DNA from: Desulfuromonadales bacterium
Lineage (GTDB): Bacteria; Desulfobacterota; JAENJC01
Length of the DNA stretch: 64,000 nucleotides
Assembly (NCBI GenBank): GCA_919902985.1
Contig: CAKKSC010000009.1
Span: 11,871-75,870, forward strand
Reading direction: 5' to 3'
Within the stretch, counting starts at the first letter, position 1. The number at the start of each line of letters is the position of its first letter. This document shows positions 45,577 through 53,815 of the stretch, piece by piece. The notes beneath the pieces are model-generated. The model did not search any database, had not been told where the DNA came from, and was given only the letters and a program-made list of their open reading frames with translations. The position numbers and the translations under genes are program-made.

Positions 45577-46734
45577 ATGAAGGTCGCAGTTATAGGTGGA
45601 GGCCCGGCTGGCGCTATGGCGGCGATGACGCTGGCGAAGGCAGGGGTTGAGACATATTTGATAGAGAAAGACCTCAATGGCGACAAGCCTTGCGGAGGAG
45701 GTATTCCGTGTGGCGCCCTAAGGGCGTTTGACATCCCTGATTACCTCTTTGAGAGAAAGGTTTCTAAGGTAGGGATCATTGCACCATCAGGGGATGAGGT
45801 TGTCGCAGACCTTGGAGACGGATATGTCGGGATGGTTGATAGGGCCAGGTTCGATCCATATCTCAGGGAGAGGGCCGTTCAGGCCGGGGCAAGACTTATA
45901 GAAAGGGTTTTTACCGGTTTCTCCAAGAAAGAATCAACTCCCCCTCGCCCCCTCTTTATCAAAGAGGAGGAAATTAAGGTCATTTTCAAGCAGGGAGAGA
46001 AAGAGGACTCCATCGGAGTGGATGCCGTTATTGCGGCTGATGGGGTCAATTCAACCGTTGCAAAACAGGTTGGGGCCGAAAGGCCGCAGGTATACCTCAC
46101 GGTACAAGAGAAGGTACAGTTGACTGGAGAGGCAAAAAAATTATATGAGGACCGCTGCGAATTCTGGTATGGGGCAGATATTTCTCCGAATTTCTACGGT
46201 TGGGTCTTTCCCAAGAAAGAGTTCGCCACCATTGGAACAGGGACATATCTTGATGACGGTAAGAATCTGAAGGGGTATTTGGGAAGGTTCAAGGAAAGAC
46301 TTGGGGCAAGGATAAGCGATGCAAAGGTGCTGAAGAGGCAGTCTTATGTCCTGCCTATGGGGCCGATAAAGAAAAAGGTCTATGGGAATATCCTTCTGGT
46401 GGGAGATGCCGCAGGGACGGTCATGCCAGTGTCCGGAGAGGGCATTTATTACAGCATCATGAGCGGGAATTTGGCCGCGGAGGCTGTGATAAAAGGGGAT
46501 TTTGCTTCTTATGAAAGGGAGTGGAAAAGGGTTTACGGTTCACAGTTCAGGCTGATGTCACTTCTTCGCCAATGGCTCTATAGAGATGACAAGTGGCGGG
46601 AGAGGCTCGTCAGGATACATGAAGACAAGGATGTCCAAGAAAGAACTCTTGCCCTGTGGCTGGACAAAGAAAGGAAATATCCAATATACAGCATATACTG
46701 GAAGATATTAAGGAGTCTGCTGAGGCATGGCTAA
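45577..46734 (+). CDS. FAD-dependent oxidoreductase, geranylgeranyl reductase family
   Basis: MKVAVIGGGPAGAMAA..LAKAG.E..LIEK......KPCGGGIP (the GGR-family KPCGGG signature), ..VIAADGVNS.VA.. and ..LVGDAAG.V.P.SGEGIYY... AGGAG RBS. Its stop overlaps the cobQ start. Confidence 0.8.
   Translation: MKVAVIGGGPAGAMAAMTLAKAGVETYLIEKDLNGDKPCGGGIPCGALRAFDIPDYLFERKVSKVGIIAPSGDEVVADLGDGYVGMVDRARFDPYLRERAVQAGARLIERVFTGFSKKESTPPRPLFIKEEEIKVIFKQGEKEDSIGVDAVIAADGVNSTVAKQVGAERPQVYLTVQEKVQLTGEAKKLYEDRCEFWYGADISPNFYGWVFPKKEFATIGTGTYLDDGKNLKGYLGRFKERLGARISDAKVLKRQSYVLPMGPIKKKVYGNILLVGDAAGTVMPVSGEGIYYSIMSGNLAAEAVIKGDFASYEREWKRVYGSQFRLMSLLRQWLYRDDKWRERLVRIHEDKDVQERTLALWLDKERKYPIYSIYWKILRSLLRHG
45936..45970. repeat. 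Family-B hairpin (partial) inside the GGR-like gene
   Basis: AACTCCCCCTCGCCCCCTCTTTATCAAAGAGGAGG, translated as STPPRPLFIKEEE. Confidence 0.75.
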
Positions 46735-48292
46735 ATCGATAATGGTTCAGGGTACCGGCTCTCATGTGGGGAAGAGCATTATAACTGCCGGGCTCTGCAG
46801 GATATTTAAGAATATGGGATATAAAGTCGCCCCGTTCAAGGCCCAGAATATGGCGCTTAATTCAGCCGTGGCTAAGGAAGGCGGGGAGATAGGCCGCGCC
46901 CAGGCCATACAGGCGGAGGCCTGCGGGGTTGAGCCGTCGATCCATATGAATCCGGTTCTTCTTAAGCCAAACAGTGATATGGGTTCCCAGGTGATAATCC
47001 ACGGAAAGGTTATCGGGAATATGAAGGCAAGGGAGTACTATGCCTACAAAAAGAAGGCTTGGGAGGCTGTCTGCGAAAGCTACAGTAAACTTTCAGGAGA
47101 ATTTGATTTGATTGTAATTGAAGGGGCAGGTTCACCTGCGGAGGTGAACCTTAAGGAGAACGACATCGTAAATATGAAGGTGGCGGAGATGGCCGGGGCA
47201 AAGGTGCTTCTGGTCTCTGACATAGACAGAGGCGGTGTTTTTGCCGCGCTGATTGGTACTATGGAGTTACTGACGCAATCCGAAAGGAAGATGGTCTGCG
47301 GTTTTATCATTAACAAGTTTAGAGGTGACAAAACCCTGCTTGAGCCGGGGCTTGATTTTATCGAGAAAAGGACAGGGGTGCCGGTTCTTGGTGTTGTTCC
47401 GTATCTTAGGGATATGGTGATTGGGGAAGAGGACAGTGTTGGACTTGATAATAGGAAGGTAGGGGCGTATTGCGATACGCCCCTACAAAACCGGCCCATA
47501 AAAATCGGCATCATCCAGCTCCCGCATATCTCAAACTACACCGATTTTGATTCACTTCAAAGAGAACCGGATGTCGAGCTAAGGTATATACAACGGCCTG
47601 AAGAGGTTGATGGACTTGATCTGGTGATAATCCCCGGCAGCAAGAACACCATTGACGACCTTCTTTTCCTCAAAAAGACAGGCCTGGCAGAGGCTATCGA
47701 TAAGCATTACAGAGATGGCAGGCACCTTGTGGGCATCTGCGGAGGGTACCAGATCCTTGGCCTTAAGGTCTCCGACCCTCATGGAGTTGAGACAGATGGA
47801 GTTTCTGAGGAAGGCCTGGGGCTTCTCCCGATAGAGACGGTTTTATTGAAAGATAAAGTCACCGCAAATATTGAGGCGGTCGGCAGTCAGCAGTCAGCGG
47901 CCAGCTTGAAAGGATACGAGATTCATATGGGCGAATCCATGATAGTTGGGGATGCGAAACCTTTGTTTGTTATACGAAAGAGAAACAGCGGCGCTGTTGA
48001 GATGCCCGACGGTGCTATAACAAAAGACGGCAGATGCTGGGGGACATACATCCACGGGGTATTTGACAATGATGGGTTCAGAAGGGATTTCCTTAATGGC
48101 ATAAGAAAAGACAAGGGGTTGGATGCTGTAAAGGGATTGATTAATAAGGATGACGGTTTTGATCAACTGGCCGCTGTTTTAATAGAAAATCTCGATGTAG
48201 AACGTATCTTAAAACTTACAGAAGACTGGAGAGTACGCCTTGGATCAGAAGCAGGAACAAGTCAAACAATCGAATCTGGATATAGCGCTTAA
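46727..48292 (+). CDS. cobQ: Cobyric acid synthase CobQ/CbiP
   Basis: IMVQGTGSHVGKS.. P-loop, ..APFKAQNMALNS.., C-terminal GATase ..ICGGYQ.LG... and ..GYEIHMG... Contains REP (47459-86) and simple-repeat (47876-905) inserts. Confidence 0.93.
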   Translation: MAKSIMVQGTGSHVGKSIITAGLCRIFKNMGYKVAPFKAQNMALNSAVAKEGGEIGRAQAIQAEACGVEPSIHMNPVLLKPNSDMGSQVIIHGKVIGNMKAREYYAYKKKAWEAVCESYSKLSGEFDLIVIEGAGSPAEVNLKENDIVNMKVAEMAGAKVLLVSDIDRGGVFAALIGTMELLTQSERKMVCGFIINKFRGDKTLLEPGLDFIEKRTGVPVLGVVPYLRDMVIGEEDSVGLDNRKVGAYCDTPLQNRPIKIGIIQLPHISNYTDFDSLQREPDVELRYIQRPEEVDGLDLVIIPGSKNTIDDLLFLKKTGLAEAIDKHYRDGRHLVGICGGYQILGLKVSDPHGVETDGVSEEGLGLLPIETVLLKDKVTANIEAVGSQQSAASLKGYEIHMGESMIVGDAKPLFVIRKRNSGAVEMPDGAITKDGRCWGTYIHGVFDNDGFRRDFLNGIRKDKGLDAVKGLINKDDGFDQLAAVLIENLDVERILKLTEDWRVRLGSEAGTSQTIESGYSA

Positions 48293-48878
48293 ACTGGCGA
48301 AAGAGCAGTTTGCAAAGAGAGACCCGAAAGATATGGCTGAGAGAGCCGGGGGAGAACACGAGTCCGCCAGCTGTTCCAACTCCCTGATCTCTCTGCGACT
48401 GCTTGGGCAGGAGTATACCCTGGTCCATCCCGATGGCGGGATTGAATCTCCAGACCATCACCAGGTTGGCCTCGTGGCCCACGTACTCCTGCTTCATTAC
48501 CTCATTTACGCCTCCGACAAACCTCTAAGCAATGAACTGTCTTCTTACAAGGATATCCCCGGAGGAGATAAATATTTCAGTGTCTTCAAGAAGCGGGTAG
48601 AGATGCCTCTGCTCAATGCCTATGGCGATAACCCCGAAGGGTTCGAGAAGGCTTGCGAAGGATCAGGTGGCTTAGAGGTCACAATGGGCGATCTTGCATA
48701 TCAATTTCAGGCCTTTCCGAATATCCCGATTACCTACATCTACTGGAAGGGGGATGAAGAGTTTCCTGCGTCAGTCCAGGTCCTTTTTGATTCGTCTATT
48801 AAGGACTACCTTCCTCTGGAAGATATAGTCTTCCTCTCAGAGATGCTTTCCTGGAAGCTGGCAAGATATCAGCAATGA
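48240..48878 (+). CDS. DUF3786 domain-containing protein
   Basis: 212-aa ORF: ..NLDIALKLAKEQFAKRDPKDMAERAG.., ..SYKDIPGGDKYFSVFKKR.., ..FPASVQVLFDSS....LPLEDIVFL... The only in-frame start is TTG 48240, which overlaps cobQ by 53 nt. Confidence 0.6.
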   Translation: MDQKQEQVKQSNLDIALKLAKEQFAKRDPKDMAERAGGEHESASCSNSLISLRLLGQEYTLVHPDGGIESPDHHQVGLVAHVLLLHYLIYASDKPLSNELSSYKDIPGGDKYFSVFKKRVEMPLLNAYGDNPEGFEKACEGSGGLEVTMGDLAYQFQAFPNIPITYIYWKGDEEFPASVQVLFDSSIKDYLPLEDIVFLSEMLSWKLARYQQ

Positions 48879-48937
48879 GTGATGAGTGATGAGCAATGAG
48901 CAATGAGTTTTCAGTCTTCAGCCCTCAGCCTTCAGCC
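48873..48937. repeat. Simple-sequence tract (ATGAGTG/ATGAGCA then TTCAGCC-type units)
   Basis: CAATGAGTGATGAGTGATGAGCAATGAGCAATGAG..TTCAGTCTTCAGCCCTCAGCCTTCAGCC, spanning the DUF3786 stop and the cbiB start. Confidence 0.85.
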
Positions 48938-49891
48938 AGTCTTGTCCTCTGTGCATTCTTCCTCGATCTGCTGCTGGGTGATCCCAGATGGTTCCCGCAT
49001 CCGGTTGTTTTGATTGGGAGAGGTATATCTTTAGGAGAGGGAACATTAAGAAGGCTTGCAAAGTTCAAGACTGCTGAACTTCTTGCCGGGGCGATGTTGG
49101 CGGTCGTAATTCCTGTTTCTGCCTTCGTTGCAGTTGATTTTATAATCAAATTAACATCCCATCTCCATCAATGGACAGGATGGTTTGCAGCCGTCTTTTT
49201 TGGATATACGACTATTGCAGCAAAAAGCCTATACCAAGAACCGTTGAAGGTTGCAGCAATGCTTGACGCCAAGAATCTGGATGGTGCAAGAAATGAACTC
49301 TCCTGTCTCGTTGGCCGGGACACCAGCAGCCTCGACGAAAAAGGGATAACGAGGGCTTTGCTAGAGACAGTAGCGGAGAATACATCTGACGGGGTAATTG
49401 CTCCTCTCTTCTATCTGGCTATAGGCGGCCCTCCGCTGGCGATGGCATATAAGGCCATAAACACCCTCGATTCCATGGTCGGGTATAAAAACGAGAAGTA
49501 TCTTTATTTCGGCAGGGCCTCTGCAAGGCTTGATGATATTGCTAACTATATCCCGGCAAGGATAACGGCAATCCTGTTAGCTGTTGCCGCGTTCATATTG
49601 CGCAAGGACTGGAGAAGGGCATGGAGGATAACATTAAGGGACAGTGGGAACCATCCGAGCCCCAACTCCGGATACCCGGAAGCAGCAGTTGCCGGAGCAC
49701 TCGGAAGGCGGCTCGGAGGACTTTCGTATTACGGCGGCATGCCGAGCAATAAGCCTTTTATAGGTGATGATGCTGGAGAGTTTCAGGTTAGAGATGTGAG
49801 AGAGGCAGGAAGGCTCATGCTTATGACATCGGCATTGATGGTACTGATATCAATTGTTGTTTTATCAATCTGGGGACAGAGATGCGTATAA
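48896..49891 (+). CDS. cbiB: Adenosylcobinamide-phosphate synthase CbiB
   Basis: ..FFLDLLLGDPRWFPHPVVLIGR.. and ..EN.SDGV.APLFY...GG...A..YKA.NTLDSM.GY... The start is uncertain because the N-terminus lies in a simple-repeat tract. Confidence 0.9.
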   Translation: MSNEFSVFSPQPSASLVLCAFFLDLLLGDPRWFPHPVVLIGRGISLGEGTLRRLAKFKTAELLAGAMLAVVIPVSAFVAVDFIIKLTSHLHQWTGWFAAVFFGYTTIAAKSLYQEPLKVAAMLDAKNLDGARNELSCLVGRDTSSLDEKGITRALLETVAENTSDGVIAPLFYLAIGGPPLAMAYKAINTLDSMVGYKNEKYLYFGRASARLDDIANYIPARITAILLAVAAFILRKDWRRAWRITLRDSGNHPSPNSGYPEAAVAGALGRRLGGLSYYGGMPSNKPFIGDDAGEFQVRDVREAGRLMLMTSALMVLISIVVLSIWGQRCV

Positions 49892-50955
49892 ACCACATCC
49901 ACGGCGGGAATATAAGAGAGGTTGCGAGAAGGTACGGTCTGAGACCGGAAGACATTATAGACTTCAGCGCCAGCATAAATCCTCTGGGAATGTCTGAAAG
50001 GGCCAGGAAGGCTATTATTGAAGGGGTTGACTCGATTCTCCACTACCCTGAGCAGTTTGCAGAAGCCCTCACCTCAGAAGCGGCCAGGTTTTACGGCGTT
50101 CCGAATTACTGTTTGATTGCAGGTAACGGCTCTACTGAGCTTGTTTATCTTGTTCCCAGGGCATTCAAGCCCAAAAAGGCCCTTATTGTCAACCCTACCT
50201 TCAGCGAATATAAAAACGCCCTTAAGATCGCCGGATGCGGCATAGATTATTTTCTCATGCTTGAGGAAGACGGGTTCAGGCTGAGAGTTGATCCTCTGAT
50301 GCGTGTTTTAAAAGGAAGATACGATATCCTGTATATCTGCAATCCAGGAAACCCAACGGGGGCATTAATCCCAAAAAGCGATATCCTTGAAATAGTTGAT
50401 ACGGCCTTGAATCATGATACGTTATGCATAGTGGATGAGGCTTTTATCGATTTTGCCGAGATGGAGTCAGTCAAAAGAGAAGCGGTGGAGAGGTCTAATC
50501 TTATAGTTCTCAGGTCTCTGACCAAGTTCTTCGGAATCCCTGGCCTTAGGATAGGCTTTGCGGTAGGAAATAAGGAGAGGATCGGGGAGATGACAGTTTA
50601 CAAGGAACCTTGGAGCGTCAATGCTCTTGGGTCTATTGCGGGCATTGAAGGGTTAGGTGATACTGAGTACATCGAAGAGAGCAGAAGATACGTGGAAAAG
50701 GAGCGGGATCATCTTTTTTCTGCATTGAAGGGGATTCAAGGGCTTACGCCCTTCCCTTCCTCTGCGAACTACATCCTTCTTAAGATTAATAAGGATGGGG
50801 TGGATGCTGATACTCTTGCGGCAACCCTTGCAAAGGAAGGGATACTTATCAGATCATGTTCCTCCTTTGATGGGCTTGGAAATAGATTTTTCAGGATTGC
50901 GGTCAGAAACAGAGAAGAGAATGAAAGGCTGGTTAAACTCCTGACAGCGTCATAA
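49882..50955 (+). CDS. cobD: L-threonine-O-3-phosphate decarboxylase
   Basis: HGGNIREVARRYGL..EDIIDFSASINPLG.. and the class I/II aminotransferase fold (..NPGNPTG.., ..SLTKFFGIPGLRIG..). Confidence 0.88.
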   Translation: MRINHIHGGNIREVARRYGLRPEDIIDFSASINPLGMSERARKAIIEGVDSILHYPEQFAEALTSEAARFYGVPNYCLIAGNGSTELVYLVPRAFKPKKALIVNPTFSEYKNALKIAGCGIDYFLMLEEDGFRLRVDPLMRVLKGRYDILYICNPGNPTGALIPKSDILEIVDTALNHDTLCIVDEAFIDFAEMESVKREAVERSNLIVLRSLTKFFGIPGLRIGFAVGNKERIGEMTVYKEPWSVNALGSIAGIEGLGDTEYIEESRRYVEKERDHLFSALKGIQGLTPFPSSANYILLKINKDGVDADTLAATLAKEGILIRSCSSFDGLGNRFFRIAVRNREENERLVKLLTAS

Positions 50956-51003
50956 ATTTGTGTTGACAAAAGAGAGCCTTTATACAAAAATAGCGTCTAA
51001 ATG

Positions 51004-51190
51004 TAGTCAGGTGGTTCCAAATTACTGGAACCTAAATAGGGAATACCGTGGCCTGCTAAAAGCAGGGAATCGGAAGCTGCCCCCGCAACTGTAAACGGAG
51101 ACGAAACCCACACCAGCCACTATCCTTAAACAGGATGGGAAGGCGTGGGGATTAGGACGACCCGTAAGCCAGGAGACCTGCCTGATTCTG
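51004..51190 (+). promoter_or_regulatory. Cobalt/cobalamin riboswitch 3 (internal to the locus)
   Basis: TAGGGAA, CCCCGCAACTGTAAACGG, GCCACT, TGGGAAGGC, B12 box AGCCAGGAGACCTGCC. P1 is GTCAGG..CCTGAT. Confidence 0.85.
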
Positions 51191-51256
51191 AGTTCTCGCC
51201 GCCTTTCGTGGGGAAGGGTTTGGGAGATATCCCTTCATTGGATATTTGCCTTTTAA

Positions 51257-51290
51257 CCCCCAACCTCTCGATAGGTTGGGGGTTTTTTAT
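51257..51290 (+). terminator. Intrinsic terminator (expression platform of riboswitch 3)
   Basis: Stem CCCCCAACCT (51257-66) / AGGTTGGGGG (51273-82) followed by T6. Confidence 0.85.
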
Positions 51291-51324
51291 TTTAAGGGGA
51301 CTGTCCCAGATATTCGGGGAAAAG

Positions 51325-51855
51325 ATGAAAAAGGGATTGATACATATTTACACAGGCGAAGGGAAAGGAAAGACCACTGCGTCCATAGGTCTTGCCATAA
51401 GGGCTGCCGGTCAGGGGCTGAATGTCCTTCTTGTCCAGTTCTTCAAGTCGGACAAGGATTCTTCCGGGGAGCTTAATATCATCAGAGAGCGGATCCCTGA
51501 GATAGAGATGATAAGGATGAATGAAAGGCATCCCCTTTTCAAAAAGGAGGAGAGCCCCGGAAAGATAAAGGACTCAGTGGAGGAGACCTTCAGGGAGGCA
51601 GTGGATAAAGCTCTTCACGGTGATTATGATTTACTGATAATGGATGAGATACACAGCGCGGTGGCCGGGAACTGGCTCTCGGTGGATGAGGTCATAGGTT
51701 TCCTGAAGCATAAACCAGAGAAGCTTGAAGTGGTCATGACAGGACGCAAGGCCCATGAACGGTTGATTGAAATGGCCGATTATGTCACAGAGATGAATAT
51801 GCAGAGACACCCCTATGAAAAAGGGGTAACGGCGAGGAAGGGGATTGAATACTAA
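51325..51855 (+). CDS. cobO: Cob(I)yrinic acid a,c-diamide adenosyltransferase
   Basis: GLIHIYTGEGKGKTTASIGLAIRAAGQGL.VLLVQFFK.. Start taken at ATG 51325, downstream of the riboswitch terminator. Confidence 0.9.
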   Translation: MKKGLIHIYTGEGKGKTTASIGLAIRAAGQGLNVLLVQFFKSDKDSSGELNIIRERIPEIEMIRMNERHPLFKKEESPGKIKDSVEETFREAVDKALHGDYDLLIMDEIHSAVAGNWLSVDEVIGFLKHKPEKLEVVMTGRKAHERLIEMADYVTEMNMQRHPYEKGVTARKGIEY

Positions 51856-52615
51856 AAGACAGGGGTCAGGGGTCAGAGAGGGGACTGTCCCAGATTTACG
51901 GACGGAGTGCAACGAAGTCGTAGAATCGGGACCGTCCCCGGCTAAGCTTATCTTCATCACAGGCGGCGCCCGTTCTGGAAAGAGCGCATTTGCCTTGAAG
52001 ATGGCAAATTCGATTACCCCCCCTCAATCCCCCCCTTGGCAAGGGGGGGACGAAAGGGGGGGTAGAAAATGTTATCTTGCAACAGCGCAGGCCCTTGACT
52101 CTGAGATGGGGGAGAGGATAGCAAAGCACAAGGCGGAGCGTGGAAACGACTGGGAGTGTATAGAAGAGCCTTTACAGGTTGCTGAGAAGATAGAAGAGGT
52201 CAAAGATAGATACGATGTAATCATGTTTGACTGCCTGACATTATGGGTGTCGAACCTGATGCATGCCCGATCTATTCCCCCGCCCCTTGAGGGAGAGGCC
52301 TGTCCTGAGAGCCGTTCATTCCTTCGACAAGCTCAGGACGAACGGCATCGAAGGGGTCAGGGCCTCGAAGAGGTTCTCGCACCCGGAGGGTGTGAGGGGG
52401 GGCTTAGGGAAGAATTTGCATCGCTTATTTGTACATGTAAGGGTTCGGGTTCAACTGTCATAGTTGTTTCCAACGAAGTCGGCTTAGGGATTGTCCCTGA
52501 CAATCAACTTGCAAGAGAGTTTAGAGACATAGCCGGGACGGCAAATCAGCTATTCGCAAAGGCAGCCGATGAGGCGTATTTTGTAGTTTCAGGGATACCG
52601 ATGAGATTAAAATAA
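51845..52615 (+). CDS. cobU: Adenosylcobinamide kinase / adenosylcobinamide-phosphate guanylyltransferase, with three repeat-derived segments
   Basis: LIFITGGARSGKSAFA (P-loop), ..YLATAQALDSEM.ERI..H...R, ..FDCLTLWVSN.., ..VVSNEVGLGIVP.N.LAREFRD..G..NQ. The only in-frame start is TTG 51845, so the family-A copy is translated. Confidence 0.85.
   Translation: MNTKRQGSGVREGTVPDLRTECNEVVESGPSPAKLIFITGGARSGKSAFALKMANSITPPQSPPWQGGDERGGRKCYLATAQALDSEMGERIAKHKAERGNDWECIEEPLQVAEKIEEVKDRYDVIMFDCLTLWVSNLMHARSIPPPLEGEACPESRSFLRQAQDERHRRGQGLEEVLAPGGCEGGLREEFASLICTCKGSGSTVIVVSNEVGLGIVPDNQLAREFRDIAGTANQLFAKAADEAYFVVSGIPMRLK
51880..51939 (+). repeat. Family-A double-palindrome element
   Basis: GGGGACTGTCCCAGATTTACGGAC-ggagtgcaacgaa-GTCGTAGAATCGGGACCGTCCCC. 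A left-arm-only copy lies at 51296-51320. Confidence 0.9.
52263..52400. repeat. Composite repeat insert inside cobU (contains a TTCGACAAGCTCAGGACGAACGG-type module)
   Basis: It interrupts the CobU alignment between ..WVSNLMHA and ..EFASLI... It is translated as RSIPPPLEGEACPESRSFLRQAQDERHRRGQGLEEVLAPGGCEGGL. Confidence 0.75.
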
Positions 52616-52635
52616 ATATATTTCTGGAGGTCTAA

Positions 52636-53706
52636 ATGTCTTTACTTGAACAAACACTGAAAAAGATCCAACCGATTGACCAGTCGTATTACGACAAGGC
52701 CCAGGCAAAACTTGACATGCTCACAAAGCCGCAAGGGTCTCTTGGAAGGCTTGAGGAGTTTGCAAGGCGGTATTCTGCCATAAAGCAAGACCTGACCCCA
52801 AAGATAGGAAAGAAGGCTGTTTTTACCTTTGCAGGAGACCACGGAGTAGCGGATGAAGGGGTCTCTGCCTTCCCGAAGGAGGTCACTCCCCAGATGGTCT
52901 TAAACTTCATCCGTGGCGGGGCGGGGATAAATGTGATTGCAAGGCATATGGGCGGTGATGTGATTGTAGTTGACGTTGGGGTTGACTACGAGTTCACTGA
53001 AGAGCTGCATGGAAGCAACGAGTTCATCAAGAGGAAGGTGGCCAGGGGCACAAAGAACATGGTAAAAGGTCCGGCTATGTCTAAGGAAGAGGCGGTAAAG
53101 GCCATTGAGGTAGGAATTGACGTTGCCAATGAATATGCTGCAAAGGGTTACGATATATTCGGCACAGGTGACATGGGTATTGCCAATACAACGCCGTCGT
53201 CAGCAATAGTGGCAGCCATAACCGGGAAACCTGTGGAAACAGTTACAGGGCGCGGAACTGGGATAGACGACAAATCTTTCTATAAAAAGGTGACCGTCAT
53301 AAAAAAGGCGTTGGATATTAATAAGCCCAATTCCAAAGACGCCCTTGACATCCTTGCAAAGGTCGGCGGACTTGAGATAGCAGGTATTGCCGGGCTCATA
53401 ATAGGAGGGGCGGCAAACCGGATTCCTGTTGTAGTTGACGGTTTCATATCAACTGCCGGAGCGCTTATAGCTACAGAGCTTGAACCCAAGATAAAGGATT
53501 TCATCTTTATGGCCCATAAGTCAGTTGAAGTCGGTCATCAGGTTATGCTTGACTGGATCGGGCAAAAGCCATTTGTTGACCTGAATCTCAGGCTTGGTGA
53601 AGGGACAGGGGCGGCAATTGGTATATCGCTGATCGAATGCGGCGTAAAAATAATGACCGAGATGGCTACATTTGCTGATGCGGGAGTCTCAGAGAGCCAC
53701 TCTTAA
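52636..53706 (+). CDS. cobT: Nicotinate-nucleotide--dimethylbenzimidazole phosphoribosyltransferase
   Basis: ..[14 protein letters not shown].., ..FAGDHGV..EGVSAFP.EVT.QM., ..[11 protein letters not shown].., ..LGEGTGA... Confidence 0.93.
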   Translation: MSLLEQTLKKIQPIDQSYYDKAQAKLDMLTKPQGSLGRLEEFARRYSAIKQDLTPKIGKKAVFTFAGDHGVADEGVSAFPKEVTPQMVLNFIRGGAGINVIARHMGGDVIVVDVGVDYEFTEELHGSNEFIKRKVARGTKNMVKGPAMSKEEAVKAIEVGIDVANEYAAKGYDIFGTGDMGIANTTPSSAIVAAITGKPVETVTGRGTGIDDKSFYKKVTVIKKALDINKPNSKDALDILAKVGGLEIAGIAGLIIGGAANRIPVVVDGFISTAGALIATELEPKIKDFIFMAHKSVEVGHQVMLDWIGQKPFVDLNLRLGEGTGAAIGISLIECGVKIMTEMATFADAGVSESHS

Positions 53707-53714
53707 AAAAATAT

Positions 53715-53810
53715 ACCGCTGAGGCGCAGAGACGCTGAGTAATCCCTAATCTAAAAGGGATGAAATGAAATTAAGATTTTCTCTGCGACCTCTGCGTTCT
53801 CTGCGGTGAA
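53715..53810. repeat. Inverted pair of CTCTGCG-type repeats
   Basis: ACCGCTGAGGCGCAGAGACGCTGAG ... TTTTCTCTGCGACCTCTGCGTTCTCTGCGGTGAA. Single copies lie at 15615-15642 and 43587-43617. Confidence 0.8.
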
Positions 53811-53815
53811 AAATA

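Noticed and set aside
51145-51324. Upstream extension of cobO (ORF track start 51145)
   Set aside because: The extension runs through the riboswitch B12 box and the intrinsic terminator. The conserved CobO N-terminus (MKKGLIHIYTGEGKGKTT) begins at ATG 51325.
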